Shown here: positions 21,021 to 30,363 of the stretch, piece after piece
Layout: every line of letters starts with the position of its first letter
How positions within the stretch are numbered: the first letter of the stretch is position 1
NCBI GenBank assembly: GCA_964581115.1
Contig: CAZOMY010000001.1
Location: forward strand, 105,874-169,873
Length of the DNA stretch: 64,000 nucleotides
Reading direction: 5' to 3'
Source: an uncultured Ignavibacteriaceae bacterium
Lineage (GTDB): Bacteria; Bacteroidota; Ignavibacteria; UBA10030
Made by a program: the position numbers and the translations under genes
Notes under the pieces: generated by a model
The model's database searches: none
The model's input: only the letters and a program-made list of their open reading frames with translations
What the model was told of the DNA's origin: nothing

Positions 21021-21129
21021 TCGGGATCGAACAATGTGTCGTTCAATATATCCAAAAGGCCCCGCATCTGCAATGAACTGGCTGCTGACGAGTCGAAGTT
21101 GTGTCTCGCGGCAAAGGTGAGTACCTTAG

Positions 21130-21912
21130 TTGTTGATGACACGCCGAACGATCAGCCAGCGCTTCTCTCGCGAACGGCTCCTCCGGATCGCGATCATTCT
21201 GGGTGTATTTGTCGTCTTGTTCTATCTGGTCGACGACATCATCATGCCGCTGTACACGGCCCAGGGCCACACCACTTCGGTACCGTCCGTCGTAGGTTTG
21301 ACCGTTGACGAAGCGAAGGAGGCGATCAGAAAGGCCGGACTGGTGCCTCACGAGGCGGAAACGAGACCGGACAAGACCTACCAAGTTGGGACCGTTGCCT
21401 TTCAGAATCCCCCTGCCGATGCGACCGTCAAGTACGGTCGCGGTGTCTACCTGACGATCAGCGGCGGAGAGATCCTGGTGCCGGTGCCCGCGCTGCGAGG
21501 CAAGTCCTTGAGGGAGGCCACATTCTCGCTCGAACGCGTTGGCTTGCGCATCGGCGAGGTGCGCTACGAGCCGTCGGACGAGATCTTCATGAACACCATC
21601 ATCTCCCAGGCGGTCGACGCCGAACGCAAGGTCAAAGCGGGAACCGCGATCGGCGTTGTCGTAAGCCAGGGCAAGGTTGGGGAACAGCGGGCTGTTCCAA
21701 ATCTGACCGGAAAATCGCTCACAGAGGCCCGAAAGTTGCTTCTCCAGGCCGGCTTCGTCGTAGGCACAGTCTCCTACCAGGCCAGTTTGGACCTCCTGCC
21801 GAACACCGTCATCGACCAGTACCCTCGTCCCGCTGAGATGGCGCGGTTCGGACAAACGATCGATCTGTTCGTGGCGCAAAAGATGGAGCCGCCACCGGAT
21901 GCGGAGAACTGA
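21130..21912 (+). CDS. PASTA domain-containing membrane protein (three PASTA repeats, no kinase or PBP domain)
   Basis: N-terminal TM helix followed by three roughly 65-aa PASTA-like repeats (VPSVVGLTVDEAKEAIRKAGL..., VPALRGKSLREATFSLERVGL..., VPNLTGKSLTEARKLLLQAGF...). Confidence 0.75.
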   Translation: MLMTRRTISQRFSRERLLRIAIILGVFVVLFYLVDDIIMPLYTAQGHTTSVPSVVGLTVDEAKEAIRKAGLVPHEAETRPDKTYQVGTVAFQNPPADATVKYGRGVYLTISGGEILVPVPALRGKSLREATFSLERVGLRIGEVRYEPSDEIFMNTIISQAVDAERKVKAGTAIGVVVSQGKVGEQRAVPNLTGKSLTEARKLLLQAGFVVGTVSYQASLDLLPNTVIDQYPRPAEMARFGQTIDLFVAQKMEPPPDAEN

Positions 21913-22588
21913 CGTGGACGTCGTCATTGCCCCCTCATTGTTGGCGGCTGATTTCAAGCGGCTGGCCGACCAGGTGGCTGCCGTGGAGCGCGGCGGTGCC
22001 CCCTGGATCCATATCGATGTGATGGATGGTGTATTCGTACCCAACATCAGTTTTGGACCGCCGGTCATCAGCTCACTGCGTCCCTCGACGAATCTGGTGT
22101 TCGACACACATCTCATGATCACCGACCCCGACCGACACATCGAGTCATTTCGCAAGGCGGGGGCCGATGTCATCACGGTCCACTGGGAGGCGTGCACCCA
22201 TCTTCAGCGAACGATCGGCCGCATTCACGAGATGGGGGCAAAGGCCGGCGTTGCATTGAATCCGGCAACACCCGTCGAATTCGTTCGGCCGGTCCTCCAC
22301 GAGATCGATCTGTTGCTGATCATGTCCGTCAATCCGGGATTCGGGGGCCAGAAGTTCCTCCCATCGACATTCGACCGATTGCGGCAGGCGCGCGAACTGA
22401 TCAGCTCGGCTGGCATCGCCGTTCGCATCGAAGTGGATGGCGGCGTCGATGTCAGCAATGTCGGCGCATGCGTCTCCGCCGGCGCCGATACGATCGTTGC
22501 AGGGACCTCGGTGTTCGGACATCCCGACCCGGCTGAAGCCGTTCGCGCGCTGGCCCGCAGCGCCCAACCATCACCGACCATCGCCTGA
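21899..22588 (+). CDS. rpe: Ribulose-phosphate 3-epimerase
   Basis: IAPSLLAADF...HIDVMDG...MSVNPGFGGQKF are Rpe motifs. Overlaps the PASTA gene by 14 nt. Confidence 0.9.
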   Translation: MRRTDVDVVIAPSLLAADFKRLADQVAAVERGGAPWIHIDVMDGVFVPNISFGPPVISSLRPSTNLVFDTHLMITDPDRHIESFRKAGADVITVHWEACTHLQRTIGRIHEMGAKAGVALNPATPVEFVRPVLHEIDLLLIMSVNPGFGGQKFLPSTFDRLRQARELISSAGIAVRIEVDGGVDVSNVGACVSAGADTIVAGTSVFGHPDPAEAVRALARSAQPSPTIA

Positions 22589-22594
22589 AGCATC

Positions 22595-23755
22595 ATGCGG
22601 TACGCATTGACCAACATGGATATCGTCACCCCGTTCCGTCATGTCGAGCGGGGCATTGTGGTGATCGAAGACGGCATCATTGCCGGTATCGGCGGACCTC
22701 AGGATTTTCCCGTCCCGAGCGACATCCCCGTCTACGATCTGGAAGGGAAGATCCTGGCGCCCGGATTCATCGACCTGTTGGTCCACGGCGGGGGCGGCTA
22801 CGGGTTCGCCGATACGGATCCTGAAGCGGTCGGCAAGGTCTCTGAGTTCTTTTTCGCCCACGGCACGACCGGACTATGCGCGGCCCTCTACAGCAAGCCG
22901 GAGAAGGAGATGGTGGCCGACGTAGCACGCATCGCTTCGTTCGCCGAACAGACGAAAGGGAAAGGGAACGTCTGGGGCATTCATCTGGAAGGTCCGTTCA
23001 TCAATCCTGAGTTGCACGGGGCGATGAAGGTGGAATACCTGTGGAAGGCCAATCTCGACGGCTGGAATCGTCTGTTGGCGGCTGGCAAGGGCCTGATCCG
23101 GCTGATGACGATCGCACCGGAGCTTCCCGGCATGGCGGACATCATGCGAGCGGCGGCGCGGGCCGGCGTGGTCCTGTCGATCGGACACTCGACCGCATCC
23201 TATGAGGAGGTCCTGTTTGCGATCGACAATGGCGTTGCTCACGTCACGCACATGTTCAACGCGATGCGTCCGTTCCATCATCGCAAACCCGGGGTCGTCC
23301 TGAGCGCCCTGCTGCACAATGAATTGAAGATCGAGCTTATTGCCGACGGCATCCACGTGCATCCCGCGGTCATGAAGCTCATCTACCAGGTGAAAGGGTC
23401 CGGAGGGATCATCCTCGTGACCGATGCCATCCGGGCGTCGGGCATGCCTGAAGGCGAATACGTCTTCATGGATCAGAAGATCCTGATGAAGGATCGGCGC
23501 GCGTATCTGCCCGACGGCACGCTGGCTGGGAGCACGCTGACGATGAATCAGGCGGTTAAGACGATGGTGCAGCAGGTCGATGTCCCGCTCACCGACGCGG
23601 TCCGAATGGCTTCGCTGAACGGCGCCAAGGTGCTGGGCCTGGAGCATCAGAAAGGCATCATTGCCGTCGGCAAGGACGCCGACCTCGTGGTCTTCGACAA
23701 GGATTTCGACGTTCACATGACGATCTGCGAAGGGGAGATCCGGTATCGAAGATGA
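22595..23755 (+). CDS. nagA: N-acetylglucosamine-6-phosphate deacetylase (amidohydrolase)
   Basis: APGFIDLLVHGGGGYGF has the NagA-type pattern. The metal-binding His/Asp residues are distributed as in NagA. Confidence 0.75.
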   Translation: MRYALTNMDIVTPFRHVERGIVVIEDGIIAGIGGPQDFPVPSDIPVYDLEGKILAPGFIDLLVHGGGGYGFADTDPEAVGKVSEFFFAHGTTGLCAALYSKPEKEMVADVARIASFAEQTKGKGNVWGIHLEGPFINPELHGAMKVEYLWKANLDGWNRLLAAGKGLIRLMTIAPELPGMADIMRAAARAGVVLSIGHSTASYEEVLFAIDNGVAHVTHMFNAMRPFHHRKPGVVLSALLHNELKIELIADGIHVHPAVMKLIYQVKGSGGIILVTDAIRASGMPEGEYVFMDQKILMKDRRAYLPDGTLAGSTLTMNQAVKTMVQQVDVPLTDAVRMASLNGAKVLGLEHQKGIIAVGKDADLVVFDKDFDVHMTICEGEIRYRR

Positions 23756-23827
23756 ACTCGCGGATGAGCGTGGCGCGTTCAAACGCCGCCGGGGGCCCGT
23801 CCCTTGGGCGGCGTTCGCGTTTTTCCC

Positions 23828-23856
23828 TTGACAACGAATGATTACGGACTTATATT
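23828..23856 (+). promoter_or_regulatory. Consensus sigma70 promoter TTGACA-17nt-TATATT
   Basis: Perfect -35 hexamer at 23828-23833, 17-nt spacer, TATATT at 23851-23856. It lies about 45 nt upstream of the lrp-family gene. Confidence 0.55.
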
Positions 23857-23899
23857 TGTTAATGGATGACCGTCAATTACCTTATCTAGTAAAGTCAAC

Positions 23900-24361
23900 A
23901 TGCAATTGGACCAGATAGATGTGACCATTCTTGAGATCTTGCAAAAGAATGGCCGCACGCGCCGGAACGAACTGGCCGAACGGGTCGGACTCTCTCTCCC
24001 CGCGGCCAGTGAGCGGCTTCGTAAACTGGAGGAGAACGGCTACGTGCAAGGGTACTTTGCCAAGGTGTCGCACAAGCTCCTCGGCAAGGATATCACGGCC
24101 TTCGTCACGGTCACCGTGGATTCCTCCAAGCATTTCCATGCCTTCACCGATCATGCCGCCACGACGGATGAGATCCTGGAATGTCACGCCATTACGGGCG
24201 ATGGGACTCATCTCATCAAAGTACGCACCGAGAACACAGCCAGCCTCGAGAAACTGCTGGCGAAGATTCAATCGTGGAACGGCGTCACAAAATCCACGAC
24301 CATGGTCGTCCTCTCCACCACGAAAGAGACCTTTCGCGTCAAAGTTCCACTACCATCATAA
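23900..24361 (+). CDS. Lrp/AsnC family transcriptional regulator
   Basis: N-terminal HTH (ILEILQKNGRTRRNELAERVGLSLPAASERLRKLEENG) plus a C-terminal RAM domain. Confidence 0.85.
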   Translation: MQLDQIDVTILEILQKNGRTRRNELAERVGLSLPAASERLRKLEENGYVQGYFAKVSHKLLGKDITAFVTVTVDSSKHFHAFTDHAATTDEILECHAITGDGTHLIKVRTENTASLEKLLAKIQSWNGVTKSTTMVVLSTTKETFRVKVPLPS

Positions 24362-24379
24362 CCTTATCAAGGAGCGTAC

Positions 24380-25813
24380 ATGGCCAGATCCAAAGGGAAC
24401 CCGGAGATCGACCGGGTCTTCAAGATGATCAAGGAGCACGGCGTCAAGATCGTGGACCTGAAATTCACTGACATGCTCGGCCAATGGCAGCACGTTTCGG
24501 TGACCGTCGGCGAGTTCGACCCCGATCATTTCGAGGACGGGCATGGTTTTGACGGCTCGAGCATCCGGGGTTTCCGGCGGATCCACGAAAGCGACATGTT
24601 GTTGTATCCTGACGCGTCGACGGCCTTCCTCGACCCCTTCACCGCCGTGCCGACCTTGAGCGTTATGTGCGACATCGCCGACCCCATCACCAAGGAACCT
24701 TACTCGCGTGACGCCCGGTACATCGCCGAAAAGGCCGAAAAGTACCTGCGCTCGACGGGCGTCGCCGACACGGCCTACTTCGGTCCGGAGCCGGAATTCT
24801 TCATCTTCGACAACATTCGATTCGACCAGTCGGCGAATTTCGGCTACTACTTCATCGATTCGGAAGAGGGGATCTGGAACAGCGGTTCCGATGCACGTCC
24901 GAATCTGGGACATCGGATCCGCCACAAAGAAGGCTATTTCCCCGTGGCGCCCCTCGATACGCTCCAAGACCTCCGGACGGAAATGGTCCTCACGATGCAA
25001 CAGGTGGGTATCGAGGTTGAAGTGCACCACCACGAGGTGGCAACGGCCGGCCAGACCGAGATCGACATGAAGCGCACGACACTCGTGAAGATGGCCGACA
25101 ACTACCAGCTTTACAAATACATCACGAAAAACGTGGCCCGGCGGCATGGCAAGACGGTCACTTTCATGCCGAAGCCGCTCTTCGGCGACAATGGGTCCGG
25201 CATGCATGTTCACCAAAGCCTCTGGAAAGGGGGCAAGCCATTGTTTGGAGGGAACGGCTACGCCGGACTGAGCGAAATGGCCATGTACTACATCGGCGGC
25301 ATCCTCAAGCATGCCCCCGCCCTCTGCGCTATCACGAATCCCACGACCAACTCATACAAACGCCTCGTTCCGGGGTTCGAAGCGCCCGTCAACCTCGCCT
25401 ATTCGCAGCGCAACCGGTCGGCCTCTGTGCGCATCCCGATGTACTCGTCCAGTCCCAAATCGAAGCGCATCGAGTTCCGATGTCCCGACCCGCTCTGCAA
25501 TCCCTACATGGGATTTGCCGCGCTCCTTATGGCGGGGCTCGACGGCATCATCAACAAGATCGACCCGGGCAAGCCGCTCGACAAGGACATCTACGAAATG
25601 ACGCCCGAGCAGCTCCGCGACGTCCCCAGTACGCCGGGTTCGCTCGGCGAGGCCCTCGACGCCCTCGAGCGTGATCATGACTTCCTGCTCCGCGGCGATG
25701 TCTTCACGGAAGATGTCATCGAGACGTGGCTCGACTACAAGCGAACACGCGAGGTCAAGCCGATGGCGCTGCGCCCGCATCCGTTCGAGTTCATGATGTA
25801 CTACGACGCCTGA
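24380..25813 (+). CDS. glnA: Glutamine synthetase type I
   Basis: 477 aa with GS-I motifs ([27 protein letters not shown]). It follows the Lrp gene after 18 nt. Confidence 0.95.
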   Translation: MARSKGNPEIDRVFKMIKEHGVKIVDLKFTDMLGQWQHVSVTVGEFDPDHFEDGHGFDGSSIRGFRRIHESDMLLYPDASTAFLDPFTAVPTLSVMCDIADPITKEPYSRDARYIAEKAEKYLRSTGVADTAYFGPEPEFFIFDNIRFDQSANFGYYFIDSEEGIWNSGSDARPNLGHRIRHKEGYFPVAPLDTLQDLRTEMVLTMQQVGIEVEVHHHEVATAGQTEIDMKRTTLVKMADNYQLYKYITKNVARRHGKTVTFMPKPLFGDNGSGMHVHQSLWKGGKPLFGGNGYAGLSEMAMYYIGGILKHAPALCAITNPTTNSYKRLVPGFEAPVNLAYSQRNRSASVRIPMYSSSPKSKRIEFRCPDPLCNPYMGFAALLMAGLDGIINKIDPGKPLDKDIYEMTPEQLRDVPSTPGSLGEALDALERDHDFLLRGDVFTEDVIETWLDYKRTREVKPMALRPHPFEFMMYYDA

Positions 25814-25838
25814 TTGCGGACCTTCCATTCACCACGGT

Positions 25839-25879
25839 CCCGGTCTCCCGACGTTGGGAGGCCGGGGCCTGCTGTTTTG
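25839..25879 (+). terminator. glnA intrinsic terminator 1
   Basis: 11-bp stem CCCGGTCTCCC/GGGAGGCCGGG with one G:U pair and a 6-nt loop, followed by a TGTTTTG tract. Confidence 0.55.
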
Positions 25880-25887
25880 CGGGCATT

Positions 25888-25910
25888 CCGTTGCTTCTGG
25901 CAACGGTTTT
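25888..25910 (+). terminator. glnA intrinsic terminator 2 (tandem)
   Basis: CCGTTGC-ttctg-GCAACGG followed by TTTT. Confidence 0.55.
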
Positions 25911-25931
25911 CGCTAGGTTCAAGGCGTTTGC

Positions 25932-26714
25932 ATGGAGTACACCCGTCTCAAATACGGCATGCGCGGCCGAACGGCGATCATCACGCTCAGCCGGCCCGAA
26001 AAGCATAATGCTTTCGACGACGTGATGGTGTCGGAATTGGCTCAGGCATTCACGCAGGCATCGCGCGAGCCGTCGGCCAAGGTGGTCATCTTGCAGGCGG
26101 AAGGAGAATCGTTCTGCTCCGGTGCCGACCTGGCGTATCTGAAACGGCTGTCAGAGTTCGACTTCAATCAAAATCAGCGCGATTCGCAGCAGCTGATGAA
26201 GCTGTTCCTTCAGGTCTATTCGTTACGAAAACCGGTGATCGGCCTCGTGCAGGGTCCCGCGTTGGCCGGCGGATGCGGTCTGGCGACGGTCTGTGATATC
26301 GTCGTTGCCGCACGCGAGACCGCAACGTTCGGGTACACGGAGGTCCACATCGGCTTCGTTCCGGCCCTGGTCATGGCCTTCCTCCTGCGGCGCGTGGGCG
26401 AGGGACGGGCACGCGAACTGACGCTTCGAGGGAACATCATCACAGCCGATGAAGCATACCGGATCGGCCTTGTCAACCGGGTTGTACCGGCCATGGAACT
26501 CGGGGCAGAAGGAGAGCGCCTGGCCGAGGAACTCGCCGACCGGAACAGCGGCTCGTCCATGGGACTGATCAAGGAACTCCTCGGCCGCATCCATGGCCTT
26601 TCGACTCCTGATGCGCTCGAATACGCATCGAACCTGAATGCCCTGACGCGGATGACGGAGGAGTGCAAGCGAGGCATTGCCGCTTTCCTCAAGAAGGAGC
26701 CTCTCCGATGGTAG
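25932..26714 (+). CDS. Enoyl-CoA hydratase/isomerase (crotonase family)
   Basis: AIITLSRPEKHNAF...GESFCSGADL...GGCGLATVCD is a crotonase signature. Confidence 0.85.
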   Translation: MEYTRLKYGMRGRTAIITLSRPEKHNAFDDVMVSELAQAFTQASREPSAKVVILQAEGESFCSGADLAYLKRLSEFDFNQNQRDSQQLMKLFLQVYSLRKPVIGLVQGPALAGGCGLATVCDIVVAARETATFGYTEVHIGFVPALVMAFLLRRVGEGRARELTLRGNIITADEAYRIGLVNRVVPAMELGAEGERLAEELADRNSGSSMGLIKELLGRIHGLSTPDALEYASNLNALTRMTEECKRGIAAFLKKEPLRW

Positions 26715-27256
26715 CCCCCGCTCCGAATGTGGTGAAGGCCCTCACCGACAAGCTCCGGACCGTTCCTGACTTTCCAAAGCCCGGCATACGCTTCAAGGAC
26801 ATCACGCCGATCTTGCAGGATCCAACGACGTTGCAGATGGCGGTCGACGTCCTTGCGCAGCGATTTCAGGAGGATGCCATCGATGCGGTCGTGGGCATCG
26901 AGTCACGCGGCTTCATTCTGGGGGCGCCGCTGGCCGTCAAACTGGAAGCGGGCTTCATCCCGGTCCGCAAGCGCGGAAAACTGCCCGCGCAGGTTCGACG
27001 CGCCTCGTACGCCCTCGAATATGGAACGGACGAGATCGAGATCCATGCGGACGCCATTCGGACCGGACAGCGCGTGCTCGTCCACGACGATCTGTTGGCC
27101 ACCGGAGGAACACTGGGCGCCGCCATCGAGCTCGTCCAAGCTCTCGGTGGCACTGTCGTCGGCGTTGCCGTTCTGATCGAGCTGAGCTTTCTGAAGGGCG
27201 CGGCCCGGCTTGCGCCCCATGAGGTCTTTTCCGTCATCCGCATCGACGCCGAATGA
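26708..27256 (+). CDS. apt: Adenine phosphoribosyltransferase
   Basis: DFPKPGIRFKDITP...VHDDLLATGGT is the PRTase motif. Start taken at MVAPAP, overlapping the upstream stop. Confidence 0.85.
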   Translation: MVAPAPNVVKALTDKLRTVPDFPKPGIRFKDITPILQDPTTLQMAVDVLAQRFQEDAIDAVVGIESRGFILGAPLAVKLEAGFIPVRKRGKLPAQVRRASYALEYGTDEIEIHADAIRTGQRVLVHDDLLATGGTLGAAIELVQALGGTVVGVAVLIELSFLKGAARLAPHEVFSVIRIDAE

Positions 27257-27274
27257 TCGCACCCTGGGCCCCTC

Positions 27275-27790
27275 ATGGGGCCCGTTCCATTCATGCTCCG
27301 CATCGGCACATACGCTCCCGACTTCGAACTGCGTCTGCACAACGGTCTTCGCTTCCGCCTGTCGGATCAGCGCGGGACGAAGAATGTCGTTGTCTACTTT
27401 TATCCGAAGAACCACACTTGGGGATGCACGCGTGAAGGGTGTTTGTTTGCGCATCACATCCGAGAGATCGAGGCCCTCGACGCCGTGCTGGTCGGGATCA
27501 ACGGCGAGTCGCTTGAGCAGCACCGCGCGTTCGCCGAGGCCTATCGGTTCCCGTTTCCGTTGGCTAGCGATCCCCGGCTCGAGGTCTGCCGCAACTACCG
27601 GGTACTCTGGCTGGGGAGCAAAGCCATCCGACGCGTGACCTACGTGATCGACAAGCGCATGGTGGTGCGCGGCGTCGCTCATCATGAGCTCCTGATCGAC
27701 AAGCACTGGTCGTACGTCAGGCGCATCCTGACGCATCTCCGCGACGAAGAATCGATGCGCACGTACAATCGCAAGGCCTGGGAGCTATGA
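27275..27790 (+). CDS. bcp: Thioredoxin-dependent peroxiredoxin, Bcp-type
   Basis: APDFEL...VVVYFYPKNHTWGCT is a redoxin fold with a peroxidatic Cys. An alternative start lies at 27293. Confidence 0.7.
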   Translation: MGPVPFMLRIGTYAPDFELRLHNGLRFRLSDQRGTKNVVVYFYPKNHTWGCTREGCLFAHHIREIEALDAVLVGINGESLEQHRAFAEAYRFPFPLASDPRLEVCRNYRVLWLGSKAIRRVTYVIDKRMVVRGVAHHELLIDKHWSYVRRILTHLRDEESMRTYNRKAWEL

Positions 27791-29157
27791 AGACAATCAT
27801 CGAACCGTTCAAGATCAAGAGCATCGAACCCATCCGCTTCACCACGCGCGACGAGCGCAGCGAGATCCTGCAGGCGGCACACTACAATCCGTTCCTCATT
27901 CACGCCGATGACGTCATGATCGACCTCCTGACGGATTCGGGGACTTCCGCCATGAGCGCGCGGCAGTGGTCGGGCATCATGGACGGCGACGAGTCGTACG
28001 CCGGCTCACGAAGCTACTATCGGTTCGAGACGGCCGTACGCAACCTGACCGGCCTCACGCATATCATACCCGTTCACCAGGGACGGGCTGCCGAGAAGAT
28101 CTTGTTCACGATCATCGGGGGCAAGGGAAAGAAGATCCCGAGCAACACCCACTTCGATACGACCCGCGCGAACATTGAGTACAGCGGGGCCGAAGCCGTC
28201 GACCTGCTGAACGAAGTGGGCAAGCATCCGCATGAGCGGGCGGACTTCAAAGGCAATATCGACCTCGACGCGTTGGAGGCGTTTCTCGCCCGTGAAGGAA
28301 AAGAGCGTGTCCCCCTGTGCATGATCACGGTAACGAACAATTCCGGAGGGGGTCAGCCGGTGTCCATGGCGAACATCCGCGGAGCTCGCGAGGTGACCAG
28401 AAGACACGGTGTCCCGCTCTTCCTTGATGCGTGCCGGTTTGCCGAGAATGCATACTTCATCAAGCTGCGGGAGCCCGGATTCTCCGGTCGATCAGTGGCC
28501 GAGATCGCGCGTGAGATGTTCTCATACGTCGACGGATGCACGATGAGCGCCAAGAAGGACGCCCTCGTGAACATGGGGGGATTCCTCGCGCTGAACGACG
28601 GAGCACTGGCGTCGCAAGCGCGAAACCTCTTGATCGTGACTGAAGGATTCCCGACCTACGGCGGACTGGCGGGGCGCGACCTCGAGGCGATCGCCCAAGG
28701 ACTCGAAGAAGTGGTACAGGAGGACTATCTCCGGTACCGCATCCGGTCGGTTGAGTACCTCGCAGAAAAGCTTCTGAGCGCAGAGGTACCGATCGTCGAG
28801 CCGCCGGGTGGGCATGCGATCTACATCGATGCGAAGGAGTTCTTGCCGCACGTGCCTCCGAGCGAGTACCCGGGTCAGTCCGTTGCATGCGCCCTCTATG
28901 TCGAAGGTGGGGTCCGGAGCGTCGAGATCGGGTCGGTCATGTTCGGCAAGTATGCGCCCGACGGAACGCTCATCTCGCCTCCGATGGAACTGGTCCGGCT
29001 TGCCATTCCCCGCAGGGTCTATACGCAGAGTCATATTGACTACGTTTCCGAGGTGGTCATCGAAACGTACCGGCATCGCGAGGAATTGCGCGGCTTCCGC
29101 ATCGTCGAAGAAGCACCCATGCTCCGCCATTTCACCGCAAAGTTCGCCCCCCTCTAA
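27787..29157 (+). CDS. Tryptophanase / tyrosine phenol-lyase family (PLP beta-eliminating lyase)
   Basis: 456 aa. Has the TnaA/TPL-type N-terminus FKIKSIEP and a PLP-lysine region SAKKDALVNMGG. Confidence 0.8.
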   Translation: MKTIIEPFKIKSIEPIRFTTRDERSEILQAAHYNPFLIHADDVMIDLLTDSGTSAMSARQWSGIMDGDESYAGSRSYYRFETAVRNLTGLTHIIPVHQGRAAEKILFTIIGGKGKKIPSNTHFDTTRANIEYSGAEAVDLLNEVGKHPHERADFKGNIDLDALEAFLAREGKERVPLCMITVTNNSGGGQPVSMANIRGAREVTRRHGVPLFLDACRFAENAYFIKLREPGFSGRSVAEIAREMFSYVDGCTMSAKKDALVNMGGFLALNDGALASQARNLLIVTEGFPTYGGLAGRDLEAIAQGLEEVVQEDYLRYRIRSVEYLAEKLLSAEVPIVEPPGGHAIYIDAKEFLPHVPPSEYPGQSVACALYVEGGVRSVEIGSVMFGKYAPDGTLISPPMELVRLAIPRRVYTQSHIDYVSEVVIETYRHREELRGFRIVEEAPMLRHFTAKFAPL

Positions 29158-29246
29158 GCCGCGCTGAAGCGAAAAAAGTCATTGGAGAGCGGGGAAAACC
29201 TCATTAGATTACAGTGCATGTTCCCCGATAGCATCTCCCGCTTACG

Positions 29247-29978
29247 ATGACGTGCACGGTTTGCGGTGCCGAGAATCCGGCGACGGCCACGGTCTGCCAC
29301 AAGTGCAAGGCGTACCTCCAGAACCGGGTCCCGACGCTCGATCTCTTCCGCACGGCGTGGCGGACGATTACGGTGCCTTCAAAGGCCTTTCATGAGATCG
29401 CCATCGCCGAGCACAAGAACTACGCGATCTCCTTGTTCGCGGCCGCCGGCATTCCATTATTGAATGCCACGGTGGCGTGGTTGAAGGCGGGCGACCTCGC
29501 GGGCGGCCTGTTCGAAACGACGGGGGCCGTCGTGGGGATCGGTGTGGTGGCGGGCGCCCTTCTGGGGCTGGCACTGTCGTTGTTCCACATGCTCGGTGCG
29601 ACAATCCTGCGCGGAGACGCATCGTTCCGCCGGTCGATGGGCGTTTCCGCCTACGCGCTCGTTCCGACAGTCGCCGTCGGATTGGCGCTCCTCCCGGTCG
29701 AGCTCCTCACGTTCGGCGAACACTGGTTCGTCGGAAATCCCCCTGCGGCTACGATCAACGGAGCATCGTTCTGGACCATGATCGTCCTGCATGGGGTGTC
29801 GATGGCATGGTCGCTGGTTCTGCTCGTCATCGGCGCGCACGTGGCCCTCCGCATGCCCTATTGGCGCGCAGGGATCACGGCCGTTATAAGCGTTGGAGCT
29901 GTGGCCGGGGGCTGGATGTGGCTGGCACAAACGGCGGAACAGCTGTTGTTCAAGACATTAAATCCTGTGCTTCCCTGA
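29247..29978 (+). CDS. Yip1-domain membrane protein with N-terminal zinc-ribbon
   Basis: N-terminal CxxC...CxxC (TVCGAENPATATVCHKC) followed by about 5 TM helices of Yip1 type. Confidence 0.6.
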   Translation: MTCTVCGAENPATATVCHKCKAYLQNRVPTLDLFRTAWRTITVPSKAFHEIAIAEHKNYAISLFAAAGIPLLNATVAWLKAGDLAGGLFETTGAVVGIGVVAGALLGLALSLFHMLGATILRGDASFRRSMGVSAYALVPTVAVGLALLPVELLTFGEHWFVGNPPAATINGASFWTMIVLHGVSMAWSLVLLVIGAHVALRMPYWRAGITAVISVGAVAGGWMWLAQTAEQLLFKTLNPVLP

Positions 29979-30008
29979 ATCTGATCACGACACGACGAGT
30001 ACGGAGCC

Positions 30009-30305
30009 ATGGCACGCTATATTCTGCAGATCTCGTATGAGATCTTACCCGGCAAGCGCGACGAATTCCTCGCTCTGGCCCAGGAGATGAAGGCGCACTT
30101 CGGCGAATCAAAGAAGAAGGATTATGCCTTGTACGAGGTGAAAGGGAAGGGGCTTTCGGTGGTGGAGCAATTCGTCTGCTCCTCGAAGGAGGAGTTCGAT
30201 GCGCTCGAGGACGACCTCGATGAGCGTGGCGAGGCGCTTGTCGACCAGTTGACCGGGATCATCGAAGGCGGGTCGGCGCGTTACGCGACGCTCGTCGAGA
30301 TCTGA
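30009..30305 (+). CDS. Small ABM-like / ferredoxin-fold (Dabb-type) protein
   Basis: 98 aa. The spacing LPGKRDEFLALAQEM...YALYEV...VEQFVCSSKEEFDALE resembles antibiotic-biosynthesis-monooxygenase-like domains. Confidence 0.45.
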   Translation: MARYILQISYEILPGKRDEFLALAQEMKAHFGESKKKDYALYEVKGKGLSVVEQFVCSSKEEFDALEDDLDERGEALVDQLTGIIEGGSARYATLVEI

Positions 30306-30308
30306 AAT

Positions 30309-30342
30309 ACGAACGCCCCCGATGGACTCCGGGGGCGTTCGT
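30309..30342. terminator. Bidirectional terminator hairpin between convergent genes
   Basis: 13-bp GC-rich stem ACGAACGCCCCCG/CGGGGGCGTTCGT with an 8-nt loop. On the minus strand it is followed by a T-rich tract (TATTTCAGAT). Confidence 0.6.
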
Positions 30343-30363
30343 GCGCAAAGCCTGTTCGATCGG

